Virus record (IMG/VR): IMGVR_UViG_3300027987_000368
Location: 16,844-80,843 of that record
Source of the DNA: a virus
DNA length: 64,000 nucleotides
Direction: 5' to 3' (one strand)
The position numbers and the translations under genes were made by a program. Below are positions 55,169-64,000 of this stretch, in pieces. Position 1 is the stretch's first letter. Every line of letters begins with the position of its first letter. Below the pieces are notes generated by a model that was given only the letters and a program-made list of their open reading frames with translations, searched no databases and was not told the origin of the DNA.

Positions 55169-55512
55169 TCGCCGAACGCCGGCGCGATCACCTGCGGGTG
55201 ATGGGCCAGTGGCTGACAAACGCGATCATCGAGTTTGACGCGGCCGGGCTGTCAGAGCTTGTGTCCGCGGCCGAGCACCACGCCGAACAGGCGCTGCTGC
55301 TCGCGCTGCCGGATGGCGCGGTCGACTTTCGGCCGGGCTGCGACGCGATCCCGATCCAACGAAACGGCATCACGCTGATCGTCCCCGGCGACACGCCGTG
55401 CGAGATCCTGGACTCGATGTTCGATATCGCCGAGGAGTTGGAGGCTGGGCCAGTTCCGCTCACCATTGCCGAGTTTTTCGAGTTCGTGAAGAAGTCGAGG
55501 CCCATCGGGTGA
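55162..55512 (+). CDS. Hypothetical protein
   Basis: 116-aa ORF, coupled. Confidence 0.5.
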   Translation: MLIAERRRDHLRVMGQWLTNAIIEFDAAGLSELVSAAEHHAEQALLLALPDGAVDFRPGCDAIPIQRNGITLIVPGDTPCEILDSMFDIAEELEAGPVPLTIAEFFEFVKKSRPIG

Positions 55513-56123
55513 CCACACGCAAGAGCCGGTCGCCTGTCACCGAGGTGGCCGGCCGCTTGAACAAACGCTGGCAGCCAGCCGAACTCAAGCGTCTAAAACA
55601 GCTTCTGGGCCAGCGCAAGACCCACGCGGAGATCGCCGACATCATGGAGCGAAGCCTTCCTGCTGTCGGCTATGCCGTGCGAAGAATTGGTGTACAGCGT
55701 CCAGCAAGGCGCTGGACCAAGGCTGACGACGCTAGGCTCCGCGAGCTCTGGGTCCCAGGTCTGGACGGACTCCCGAGCGACGACGCGCTTGCGTCCGCGA
55801 TGGGTCGCGGCGCTCGAGCGATCAAGGCCAGGCGACTGACGCTCGACCTGCGGCGCCGACCGGGATGGCTGACCGCGGAGGTCAAGCTTTTGCGTCGGAT
55901 GTGGCGCGCGAATAAGCCAGACCAGGCTTTCATCGATGAGGCCGCCAAGCGGTGGCCTGACCGGCCGCGACGCACCATCGCGCAGGTCCGAGCTCGGCGT
56001 GCGGCCCTTGGCCTGGTCCGCGGCCACAGCGGCATCAGGATCAAGGACTACGCGACCGACACGTTGATCAACGAGATCCGACGCCGCGGGCTCAACGTCA
56101 TCATCCGAGGCGACCGGCGTTGA
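55509..56123 (+). CDS. DNA-binding protein with three Myb/GcrA-like HTH repeats
   Basis: RWQPAELKRLKQL, RWTKADDARLREL, GWLTAEVKLLRRM. Confidence 0.65.
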   Translation: MTTRKSRSPVTEVAGRLNKRWQPAELKRLKQLLGQRKTHAEIADIMERSLPAVGYAVRRIGVQRPARRWTKADDARLRELWVPGLDGLPSDDALASAMGRGARAIKARRLTLDLRRRPGWLTAEVKLLRRMWRANKPDQAFIDEAAKRWPDRPRRTIAQVRARRAALGLVRGHSGIRIKDYATDTLINEIRRRGLNVIIRGDRR

Positions 56124-56195
56124 CGACTGCGCCGCTCGCCACGGCGCCGGCGTTGCATACTCGGAATACGCGTAGGCCACGCCAGTTTCATTGCC

Positions 56196-57131
56196 ATGAT
56201 CGAGATACCCGAGCTCGCTGTTGGCGAGGCCGTCGCCGTGGACTGGACCTTCGAGGTGTACCTCGAGGACCGCAGCGCGCTCACTAGGAGCTCGCTGGCG
56301 TTCTGCGAAAAGGACCCCCGCGGTTTCCGTGATTGGACCCTCGGCACGGCCGATTCGGGACCGGGCAGCAAGTCGAAGACGCGCGGGACGCTGTCGCATC
56401 TCTGGCTGCTCGAGCCCCAAGAATGGTGCCGGCGCGTTGGGGTGCCGGAGATCCCGAGGCCGGACAACGCGAGCGGGAACGCCAAGAAAGGGACCCGCGA
56501 ACGCGAGATCTACGACGGCTGGCGTGCCCTGGTCGCCAAGCGCGAGACTCTCATGGCGAAGATCCCAGACAGGATCGACGTGACGCTCGCCGAGTTCGAG
56601 AGCATCCAGGCCATCGCCAAGAGCGTTTGGTCGCACCCCGAAGCGCGGGCCCTGCTCTCCGCACCAGGCTGGTCCGAGCAGACCGTGCTGTGGCGCGAGC
56701 CGACTACGGGGCTACTGACCAAGGTCCGGCTCGACCGGCTCGACGAGCTCGGTCCCGAGCACATCGTCGAGACCGAACTCGAGGCTGGCCTGGCGATCGC
56801 CGACATCAAGACCACGCGAGACCACACCGAACACGCCTTCGGCCGGTCGATAGCCGACTATGGGTATCTCGCCCAGGCGGCCTTCTACAGCGATGCTGTG
56901 GAGGCTTTGTTCGGGCGCAAACCAGGATTCTACTTCATCGCCGCAAAGAACGAATCAACCTGGGGGACCGCTGTTTACCGGCTCGACGACGAGCAACTTG
57001 AGCGTGGGCGGCAGACCTACCAGGAGCGCCTTCTCGATGTGCTAGGACGTCAATTCCGGGACGACTGGCTCGCGGATTGTGAGCGCGGCGTCCGGTCAAT
57101 ATACGTACCAGATTGGAGCAAGAAGCGATGA
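56196..57131 (+). CDS. RecE/exonuclease VIII-like PD-(D/E)XK nuclease (DUF3799)
   Basis: GTLSHLWLLEP, SEQTVLW, KVRLDR, DIKTT, YGYLAQAAFY. Confidence 0.88.
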   Translation: MIEIPELAVGEAVAVDWTFEVYLEDRSALTRSSLAFCEKDPRGFRDWTLGTADSGPGSKSKTRGTLSHLWLLEPQEWCRRVGVPEIPRPDNASGNAKKGTREREIYDGWRALVAKRETLMAKIPDRIDVTLAEFESIQAIAKSVWSHPEARALLSAPGWSEQTVLWREPTTGLLTKVRLDRLDELGPEHIVETELEAGLAIADIKTTRDHTEHAFGRSIADYGYLAQAAFYSDAVEALFGRKPGFYFIAAKNESTWGTAVYRLDDEQLERGRQTYQERLLDVLGRQFRDDWLADCERGVRSIYVPDWSKKR

Positions 57132-57967
57132 GCGAAGACAATTACTCACAAGAGACAAGCGAGTCCGCACAAGACGACGAGATGATCAGCGACGAAATCT
57201 TGCCGCTATCTATCGATGTAACTGCGGCCAAGCTCGACATGATGCGCCTAGCGGTTCGGCTGGCAGAACTCGGCCTCGTGGAGATCGTTCCCGGTCTGCT
57301 CGGGCTCGAACTGCACCAAAGGCCAGCGGGCTCGATCGGTTACCGGGTGAGCCACAACTCGACGCCGGCCCTAGACGATGCGATGGCGCGAGCGCAGGGC
57401 CAGCTACGCCACGCCCATGCGAACCGCACAAACACGCACCTCAAGTCGAGCTACGCCGACATCGCCGCGGTGTATGACGCGTGTCGGTCTGCGTGCTCAG
57501 ATGCCGGAATCGCAATCGTGCAAACGCCGTGGGGTGACCCCGACCGTGGGCTCATTGTCACGACTCGGATCTCGCACAAGGGCGAGTGGGTCGAGGGCGA
57601 CTTCCCGGTGAGGCTCGAGTCTCACAAGGGCCTCAACAACAAGCAAATCGTCGGCGTGGCGATCACCTACGTGCGCCGGTACGCGCTGACGTCCATGCTG
57701 GGGATCGCCACCGGCGAGGACCTCGACGGGGAGGACGGAGAGGACAGGGGCGACAGCTCAAGTTCGGCGGCTCCGCAGAACCGGTGGGCCACGGCCGTGG
57801 GCGCGTTCGCCGAGATCGGCGTGAAGCCGCCCGCGATGCTCGCCTTCATCGGCCGCAAGACCGTAGGCCAGGTCGACAACGACGACCACGACAAGCTGCA
57901 GGCGCTGTACCGCGGGCTCAAAGCTCGCGACCCCGAGGTCGTCGCCGCCTTCGAGGCCAAGGTCTGA
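57128..57967 (+). CDS. ERF-family single-strand annealing protein
   Basis: N.HLKSSYAD, TTRISH.GEW, GVAITYVRRYAL..MLGI...D.DG. Confidence 0.9.
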   Translation: MSEDNYSQETSESAQDDEMISDEILPLSIDVTAAKLDMMRLAVRLAELGLVEIVPGLLGLELHQRPAGSIGYRVSHNSTPALDDAMARAQGQLRHAHANRTNTHLKSSYADIAAVYDACRSACSDAGIAIVQTPWGDPDRGLIVTTRISHKGEWVEGDFPVRLESHKGLNNKQIVGVAITYVRRYALTSMLGIATGEDLDGEDGEDRGDSSSSAAPQNRWATAVGAFAEIGVKPPAMLAFIGRKTVGQVDNDDHDKLQALYRGLKARDPEVVAAFEAKV

Positions 57968-58240
57968 TCGCGCAAGTAGCGGCTGGACAAGCACCCTAGA
58001 CGTGGATACCGCGCCGACCAACCAGAGGCCCTTGCTGCGGTCACCGGTTGGTCGGCGTCTTGCCACGCCGGTCTCGCAGGCCGGTGCGGTCAACGTGGTT
58101 CGCCAAGTACAGCGGGACCCCGAGATCGGAGGCCACCAAAGACCGCGTGCTTTGCGGAACGCAGGATAACACGAGACCTCTTCTCTCGGTTTTTCGAGTG
58201 CCAAGCAAGCTGAAGCGTGCGTAAGAGAGGTTGACCGCAC

Positions 58241-58320
58241 TAGCGACACGTTTTTGATTTTGAACGCCAGCCATGCCTGTGTGGCTCCCTGTTGGGCACC
58301 CGCCGTTAGCGACACGTTTT
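58241..58320 (+). repeat. 14-bp direct repeat TAGCGACACGTTTT x2 (iteron-like)
   Basis: Copies at 58241-58254 and 58307-58320 in a 580-bp intergenic region. Confidence 0.65.
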
Positions 58321-58549
58321 GGAATTCCGCGCAGGGCCAGTCAGGCGACGTCAGCGCACATCCACAACAGAAACCGAGGAGCCGGCCGCTGTGGTGTGGT
58401 AGGCTCGCACCGAACCAAAAGCGAAGGCCGGGAGCGACTACTCCTCGGCCTGAGCTGCACCCGGTCTTGAACGAGACCCCACCGAGGACAGCAATGGAAG
58501 AATCGCACCGCGCGGGCGCCCGCGCAACCCCTATCAAGCCTGAGATCAG

Positions 58550-59323
58550 GTGGCTCCGTTGAGCCGCTCGCCAGGCCAGATATCTCGCCTTGAGCTGCCA
58601 AACCTGGCATGCGGCCGCGGGCGCGCTCACGCGCCGATCGTGTGGCTCGGCCTGGCCTCGGCGCTCACCCACGGTGGGAGCTCCACCCAGGTCTACCTAG
58701 CGAACACCACGGTCGCGGAGCGGACGGGCTGCCCGCTCCGCGCGGTCGAGCTCGGCCTGGCCGCGCTGCGCCGCGCGGGCAAGATCACGGTCGAGTACGG
58801 CGCGCGCGGAAAGTACGGCTACGGCCGGATCGTGACGATGCACCTGCTCGGCGAGGGCCGAAACCCACGGGTGCGGCTGCCCAAGCCCAAACAGATGGCG
58901 GCGCTCTGGGCTCGAGCTCACGATCAGCGCGAGAGGCCGGCAACGCTCGTCGCGCTCGCGCTCGCGGCCTACGTGCTCGCGGCCGACCAGCACGGCAAGC
59001 TCAAGGGCCGCTGTGAGATCCGGCCGAAGCTGGTCCGGCTGCGAGCTCTTGTGGGCGCGGCAGCCGGGCACACCTTCTCTGCCCGGCTGGACGCGCTCGC
59101 CAGCGCCGGGATCCTCGAGCGCGCGGGGGAGCTCTGGCGCGACGGGATCACGCTGATCACCAGCTGGATCGTGCGCGTGGTCGAGGCCGTCGTGCTGCAG
59201 CTGCGGCCGAGGCTGCCCCCGCTGCGCTTGCTCAGCTGCTCGGCACCCAGCGGCTACATTGAGTGGACCGGCCCGCCCCCGGTAGAGGGGGACGACTGGG
59301 AGCTGGTGCACGATGTCGGCTGA
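58550..59323 (+). CDS. Winged-HTH protein, putative replication initiator
   Basis: YLANTTVAERTGCPLRAVELGLAALRRAGKI plus a second wHTH-like segment; directly upstream of the helicase. Confidence 0.55.
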   Translation: MAPLSRSPGQISRLELPNLACGRGRAHAPIVWLGLASALTHGGSSTQVYLANTTVAERTGCPLRAVELGLAALRRAGKITVEYGARGKYGYGRIVTMHLLGEGRNPRVRLPKPKQMAALWARAHDQRERPATLVALALAAYVLAADQHGKLKGRCEIRPKLVRLRALVGAAAGHTFSARLDALASAGILERAGELWRDGITLITSWIVRVVEAVVLQLRPRLPPLRLLSCSAPSGYIEWTGPPPVEGDDWELVHDVG

Positions 59324-61466
59324 CCGGGACCGAAATCCGAGTCGCCAGCTCGAGGTCGTCACTGGGGTCATCGACGGGACTCGATTTCGGGCGGCCGGCG
59401 GTGGTTTCACGGTGCTGGTAGCCAGCATCGATGGGGCCGACGGTGAGACGAGCTTGGTCGGAGAGCTGGCTGGCGGCGTCGAGAACGGGGCGAAGGTCAC
59501 GGCACACGGATCCTGGCGAGACGACCCGAAGTTCGGCAAGCAGTTTCGGTTCGAGGTGCTCGAGATCATGGTGCCGAGCGGTGCCGAGCAGATGGTCGCG
59601 CGGCTCAAGACGTACCCAGGTGTGGGCCCGAGCACGGCCGAGAAGATCGTGGAGCAGTTCGGCGCCCGCACCTGGGAGATGATGGACCACAGCCTCGATG
59701 ACCTTCTGCACATCCCAGGGGTCGGTCCTCGGGCCCTGGCAAAGATCCGAGCGCACCACGGTCGCCAGTCGGGTCCGGTGGCGAAGTTGCGGAACAAACT
59801 GATCTCGGTGAGCGCTCCCCCGAGTTTGGCGAAGGCGATCCACGAGGAGTTTGGCGAGCACTCGATGCAACTGCTGGACGATCACCCCTACAGGGTGGCG
59901 ACCAAGATCGATCGGTTTGGGTTTGCGATGGCCGAGCGGTGCGCTCGAGCTACGGGTGTCGACCCCGAGAACGACGAGCGAGTCGAAGCGGGCCTCATCC
60001 AGACGATGAGGACGCAGCGAAAACAGGGGAACTGCGGAATGCCGCTGCCAGCACTCGAATCGGAGGCGGCTGAATTGCTGGGTGTGCGGAGGCAGGCGCT
60101 CGACGCCGCGCTCGAGCGCCTGGAGTCTCGAGGCCTGCTTCGGTACAGGGCCGAGATGATGCAACTCTCGGGCATGGACCGGGTCGAGGACCGGGTCGCA
60201 AAGGCACTGATCGCCATAGCGATGCCGATCCGCATGGTCTGGTCGGTGAGCTGCCCCGAGCACCTTTCACCTGGTCAGCGAGACGCTGTCTATGCGGTCG
60301 CGCGCGCTGGGGTGACGGTGCTGACGGGCGGACCTGGGACGGGGAAAAGCACCGTCGTTGCAGCGGTGCTCGAGATGGCAGAGGCCGCAGGCTGCGAGGT
60401 CACGCTGTGTGCTCCGACCGGGCGGGCTGCGAAGCGACTCACCGAAGCGACGGGGCGTCAGGCGAGCACCATCCATCGACTACTCCGGCCGGTCCCGGGC
60501 TCAGGCAGTTTCTACTACGACGCCCGCAACCCGCTTCCGGCGGGCCTGATTGTCGTCGACGAAGTCTCGATGGTCGACATCGAGCTCGCAGACGCGCTGT
60601 TCAGCGCGCTCACTCCAGACCACCGAGTGCTGCTGGTGGGTGACGTCGACCAGCTGCCCTCGGTCGGCCCAGGGAATCTGCTCGAGGATCTGATCGAGGC
60701 GGCGACACCAGCGAACATCGTGGTCGTCCGCCTTGGCCTGGTGTTTCGGCAGTCGCACGGATCCACCATCGTCAGCAACGCGCACCGGTTGCTCGAGGGA
60801 CTGGATCCGATCTCCGACGATCCGAGCCTCGGTAATCGGGGCCAGTTTTTCTGCATCCCCGCGAGCACGCCCGAAGACGCCCAAGCCAAGATAGTGAAGA
60901 TGGCCACGGTGAGGATCCCCCACGCCTACGACCTCGAGCCCACCGAAGAGGTGCAGGTCCTATGTCCCGTTCATCGGGGCCCAGTAGGAACTGAAGAACT
61001 CAACGGGAAGCTGCAACTTTGGCACGCGGGTCGGGGAGCAGATTCGTTCTGGGGCGCGAGCGGTCGCCGATTTTGCGTTGGCGACCGCGTCATGCAGATC
61101 CGAAACGACTACGATCGAAACATCTTCAACGGCGACATTGGGTTCGTTGTCGAGTTCGATGCGACCTTTCTCGTGGTCGACTTCGACGGGTCGCAGAAGA
61201 AGTACAAACGGTTCGACCTTTCAGCGCTGCGTCTCGCGTACGCGATGACGATCCACAAAAGCCAGGGCGGGGAGTTCCCCGCGGTGATTGTTCCGGTCCT
61301 TCGTGAGAATAGGCGCATGACTCGTAACCTCATCTACACAGCCATAACCCGAGCACGTCGCTTGTGCGTATTGGTCGGCCACATTGCCGCGGTCTCAGCC
61401 GCGGTCAAGACTGTGGCGACACGAAGGTGGACTCGCCTGAGCCATCGATTGCAATCATCGGAGTGA
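59313..61466 (+). CDS. recD2: RecD2-like SF1B DNA helicase
   Basis: N-terminal OB/HhH region (GVGPSTAEKIVEQFG), TGGPGTGKST, APTGRAAKR, VVDEVSMVD, GDVDQLPSVGPG, AYAMTIHKSQGGEF, YTAITRAR. Confidence 0.93.
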   Translation: MSADRDRNPSRQLEVVTGVIDGTRFRAAGGGFTVLVASIDGADGETSLVGELAGGVENGAKVTAHGSWRDDPKFGKQFRFEVLEIMVPSGAEQMVARLKTYPGVGPSTAEKIVEQFGARTWEMMDHSLDDLLHIPGVGPRALAKIRAHHGRQSGPVAKLRNKLISVSAPPSLAKAIHEEFGEHSMQLLDDHPYRVATKIDRFGFAMAERCARATGVDPENDERVEAGLIQTMRTQRKQGNCGMPLPALESEAAELLGVRRQALDAALERLESRGLLRYRAEMMQLSGMDRVEDRVAKALIAIAMPIRMVWSVSCPEHLSPGQRDAVYAVARAGVTVLTGGPGTGKSTVVAAVLEMAEAAGCEVTLCAPTGRAAKRLTEATGRQASTIHRLLRPVPGSGSFYYDARNPLPAGLIVVDEVSMVDIELADALFSALTPDHRVLLVGDVDQLPSVGPGNLLEDLIEAATPANIVVVRLGLVFRQSHGSTIVSNAHRLLEGLDPISDDPSLGNRGQFFCIPASTPEDAQAKIVKMATVRIPHAYDLEPTEEVQVLCPVHRGPVGTEELNGKLQLWHAGRGADSFWGASGRRFCVGDRVMQIRNDYDRNIFNGDIGFVVEFDATFLVVDFDGSQKKYKRFDLSALRLAYAMTIHKSQGGEFPAVIVPVLRENRRMTRNLIYTAITRARRLCVLVGHIAAVSAAVKTVATRRWTRLSHRLQSSE

Positions 61467-61472
61467 AGAACA

Positions 61473-62495
61473 ATGCCAACTTTTGAAGACCCAAACACAC
61501 ACATGGAATCCGCATATGAAGACGTGCGCGCTTTCAGCTGCCACAAGGACCGACTTGCCGATGTGAACATCGTCGTCCTCGCCGCCTACGCCTCACGCGA
61601 CAAGGACGACGAGCCGCGAGGAGAAGCTATCGGTAGCATCGCGCGGCCCGTCTTGGGCAAGATTCGGATCACCAGCCTGGAGGACCGAGTCGCCGGCAAC
61701 GCGGATGTCCGCTTGCTGCTACACGGTGATCGCTGGGGACAGCTCAGCTCGGCGATGCAGCGCGCCGTGATCGACGATTGCCTCACGATGATCGAGGTGC
61801 TGCAGGAGGATGGGGCGCCGAAGCGAGACGACGCCGGCCGGCCGAAGCTTCGCAAGCGCGACTTCGACTTCGTGCACAGCGGATTCCACGACGTCGCCAA
61901 GCGCCACGGAGCGAGTTCGGTCGAGGTGCATAATCTCCGCGTCTTGTTCGACGAACATGGCCAGACGTATCTGCCGCACTTCGACCCCGACGATCGGCCG
62001 GTCGACTTCATGCGGATCCGGCCAGAACGCACAGGGACGCGCACCAAGGCGATCAGCGGAAAAGCGGCGGTAGGTCACGAGCGCGGCTCGTTAGGGATCA
62101 AGCCGCTCTGCGATCGGATTGAGCACCTCGACGGGGCAGCGACGATCCTCGCGGTAGCGAAGCTCGAGCTCCAGCGAAAACCACGACCAAAGGTGGTCAG
62201 CGCACTCAAAAACCGCGTGCTGGCGTTGACCATCCTGCCGGACTACATCGCGATCGAGAAGGGGCTTGAGACATCTGTCGCCCCAGATTTGAATGCTGGC
62301 GTGCTTGTGACGATGCCGGCGAGGCCGAAGCTCGATGCGCTCGACCGCTTGGTGCCAGGCTGTGCAGACCCGCTGGTTTTGGGCTGGGTGCTGGATGACG
62401 AACGGGACTCCGACGACCCGCGTCAGGAGGTCATCGACGTGGTCGAATCCCGGATCACGGAGCTGCGTGAGAGCAGCCCCAGGTACGACGCGTGA
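61473..62495 (+). CDS. Phage metallopeptidase-like protein (degenerate active site) with two C-terminal helical repeats
   Basis: LGKIR...D...W..LS..QRAVIDDCL where HExxH would be expected; F..V..RHG. Confidence 0.55.
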   Translation: MPTFEDPNTHMESAYEDVRAFSCHKDRLADVNIVVLAAYASRDKDDEPRGEAIGSIARPVLGKIRITSLEDRVAGNADVRLLLHGDRWGQLSSAMQRAVIDDCLTMIEVLQEDGAPKRDDAGRPKLRKRDFDFVHSGFHDVAKRHGASSVEVHNLRVLFDEHGQTYLPHFDPDDRPVDFMRIRPERTGTRTKAISGKAAVGHERGSLGIKPLCDRIEHLDGAATILAVAKLELQRKPRPKVVSALKNRVLALTILPDYIAIEKGLETSVAPDLNAGVLVTMPARPKLDALDRLVPGCADPLVLGWVLDDERDSDDPRQEVIDVVESRITELRESSPRYDA

Positions 62496-63379
62496 AGCCG
62501 GGCGACCACGGCGAGGCCGTCAGCCGCCTGCAGCAGGCCCTGCGTGCGGCGGCGGATCCCCTCCCACGATATGGATCTGACGGACATTTCGGTGGCGAGA
62601 CATCCGAAGCGCTGACCAAGTACTGCGAGGGCCTGGGTGTCAGCTGGTCCGGCGGCGCGGTGCCGATGATGGTCCTGGCCCAGCTTGGCCTGGCGGACCG
62701 CTCTGTTCCGCCGGCACCTGCGGTTCAACCTCGGATCTACGATCTGCGGCTGGAGGCCGCGGATCCGCACCCGAAGGCGCGCACATCGAACGGGCGTACG
62801 ACCAAGCGAGACTTCGCGAAGATCGAGGGCGTGGTGCTTCACCAGACCGCGGCGAAGTTCGGCCAGCCTCGTGGTGATCCGACCGAGCTCGGCCTGGCTC
62901 GGCGAGCTCTTCGGGTCGCGTGCCACGGGATGGCCTTCGACGGGCTCTTCGTGCTGGCGGCTCCGCTCGACTGGCACATCTATCACGCCGACGGGTTCAA
63001 CCCGACGACGCTCGGGCTCGAGCTCGACGGCAACTTCCCCGGCTTGCTCGGTGGACCGTCGACCAACTCGAGGCCGGTCACGCCGATGACCGATGGCTTG
63101 GTCGCATCTGCGCGCGAGGGCCTGCGCGCGCTGGTCGAGGAGGGCCGGAAGCTGGGGGCTCCGGTGCGCTACATCTACGCGCACCGTCAGGCCGACTCAT
63201 GGCGACGGGCAGACCCGGGCGAGGAGGCGTGGCAGCGGATCGTGCTGGAGTACGCAGTGCCTGTGCTCGGGCTTCTAACGCGACCGCTGCTGACGCTGCC
63301 CGATCCCCAGCGTGATCCGAAGCGCCGAGGGCTGGCGATCCCTGTGCAGTGGGACCCGGCTGGAAAAGGCCAGTATTGA
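62492..63379 (+). CDS. Endolysin: peptidoglycan-binding domain plus N-acetylmuramoyl-L-alanine amidase
   Basis: GDHGEAVSRLQQAL...DGHFGGETSEAL; VVLHQTA, HADGFN, GLELDG, AHRQ...DPG. Confidence 0.85.
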   Translation: MKPGDHGEAVSRLQQALRAAADPLPRYGSDGHFGGETSEALTKYCEGLGVSWSGGAVPMMVLAQLGLADRSVPPAPAVQPRIYDLRLEAADPHPKARTSNGRTTKRDFAKIEGVVLHQTAAKFGQPRGDPTELGLARRALRVACHGMAFDGLFVLAAPLDWHIYHADGFNPTTLGLELDGNFPGLLGGPSTNSRPVTPMTDGLVASAREGLRALVEEGRKLGAPVRYIYAHRQADSWRRADPGEEAWQRIVLEYAVPVLGLLTRPLLTLPDPQRDPKRRGLAIPVQWDPAGKGQY

Positions 63380-63434
63380 AATAGCGGGGCCTGGCGCGCT
63401 GTAGCAGGCGTTATGCAGGGACCCATGGAGAGCA

Positions 63435-64000
63435 ATGAGCAAGACCTACGATCCCGGTGATCCAGCTAGCCGGGCCGAACTCGCTCGCATCATCCTCGAT
63501 CGGCTGGATGCGTGGGGCTTCAAGCCGGCATCAGTAGACGGGCGCGAGCTCGTCTACGACCGCGAGGCAGGTCCCGATCTCGTGTGCCGCGTGTACACGA
63601 CGATCGAGCATGGGAAGGTGAAGGCCAAGGCCCACGACGCAATTCGTGTCTGCTTGGTCTACGCTGGAGATCGATCGCGGCCGATCTCCAAGGATCGCCC
63701 TGTACGCCGGACTGGCGCGGTTGACGAGATCGTGGACCGGGTGAGGGACCGAGTCGACCGGGTCAGCCGGGACGCAGGGGCGGCGCCACGTTGCGCATGC
63801 GGAGCTCCGAAGGCGCGAGACAAAAACGACTTGGTAGTGTGTGCGGCGCGTTGTGGGTCGCCATCGCCATCGCCATCGCCATCGCCATCGCCATCGCCAT
63901 CGCCATCGCCATCGCCATCGCCATCGCCATCGCCATCGCCATCGCCATCGCCATCGCCATCGCCATCGCCATCGCCATCGCCATCGCCATCGCCATCGCC
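63435..64000 (+). CDS. Hypothetical protein running into the repeat (3' open)
   Basis: MSKTYDPG...VCRVYTTI...DAIRVCLVY...CACGAP...CAARCG then (SP)n with no stop in the window. Confidence 0.55.
   Translation, partial: MSKTYDPGDPASRAELARIILDRLDAWGFKPASVDGRELVYDREAGPDLVCRVYTTIEHGKVKAKAHDAIRVCLVYAGDRSRPISKDRPVRRTGAVDEIVDRVRDRVDRVSRDAGAAPRCACGAPKARDKNDLVVCAARCGSPSPSPSPSPSPSPSPSPSPSPSPSPSPSPSPSPSPSPSPSPSPSPS
63858..64000. repeat. (TCGCCA)n microsatellite, about 24 copies up to the window end
   Basis: Perfect hexamer tract; reads GDGD... on the minus strand and SPSP... on the plus strand. Confidence 0.95.

Noticed and set aside
63763-63996. MAMAMA... ORF
   Set aside because: Artefact of the hexamer repeat

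Overview
The whole 64 kb window is part of a GC-rich tailed bacteriophage or prophage with a contractile tail. No host housekeeping genes, integrase, transposase or DNA polymerase were recognised. GDGDGD/Cys-rich lipoproteins and a captured sigma54-activator domain point to a myxobacterial host (inference). Layout: (1) 1-25.3 kb is an accessory/anti-defence arm with an ArdC-like fragment, a TGT/DpdA-like protein, three DNA methyltransferases, an HD-hydrolase/deaminase fusion, tRNA-Met(CAT), a SLOG-DUF4326 fusion, AlkB and a Tad2-like domain. (2) 25.4-26.6 kb holds a probable TerS. (3) 26.6-49.8 kb is the minus-strand morphogenesis block: Mu-type TerL, DUF1073 portal, DUF2213 protease, DUF2184 capsid, and Mu-like neck, sheath, tube, tape measure and baseplate. 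(4) 49.8-52 kb holds a tail fibre and two lipoproteins. (5) 52-64 kb holds an AAA+ ATPase, RecE-like exonuclease, ERF recombinase, wHTH protein, RecD2 helicase and amidase endolysin, ending in a (TCGCCA)n tract. The most striking observation is a portal fused in frame to an HTH and a GAFTGA-less sigma54-activator AAA+ domain. The 23 kb morphogenesis block also appears inverted relative to TerS and the tail fibre. All family assignments come from motif recognition by eye, not database searches.
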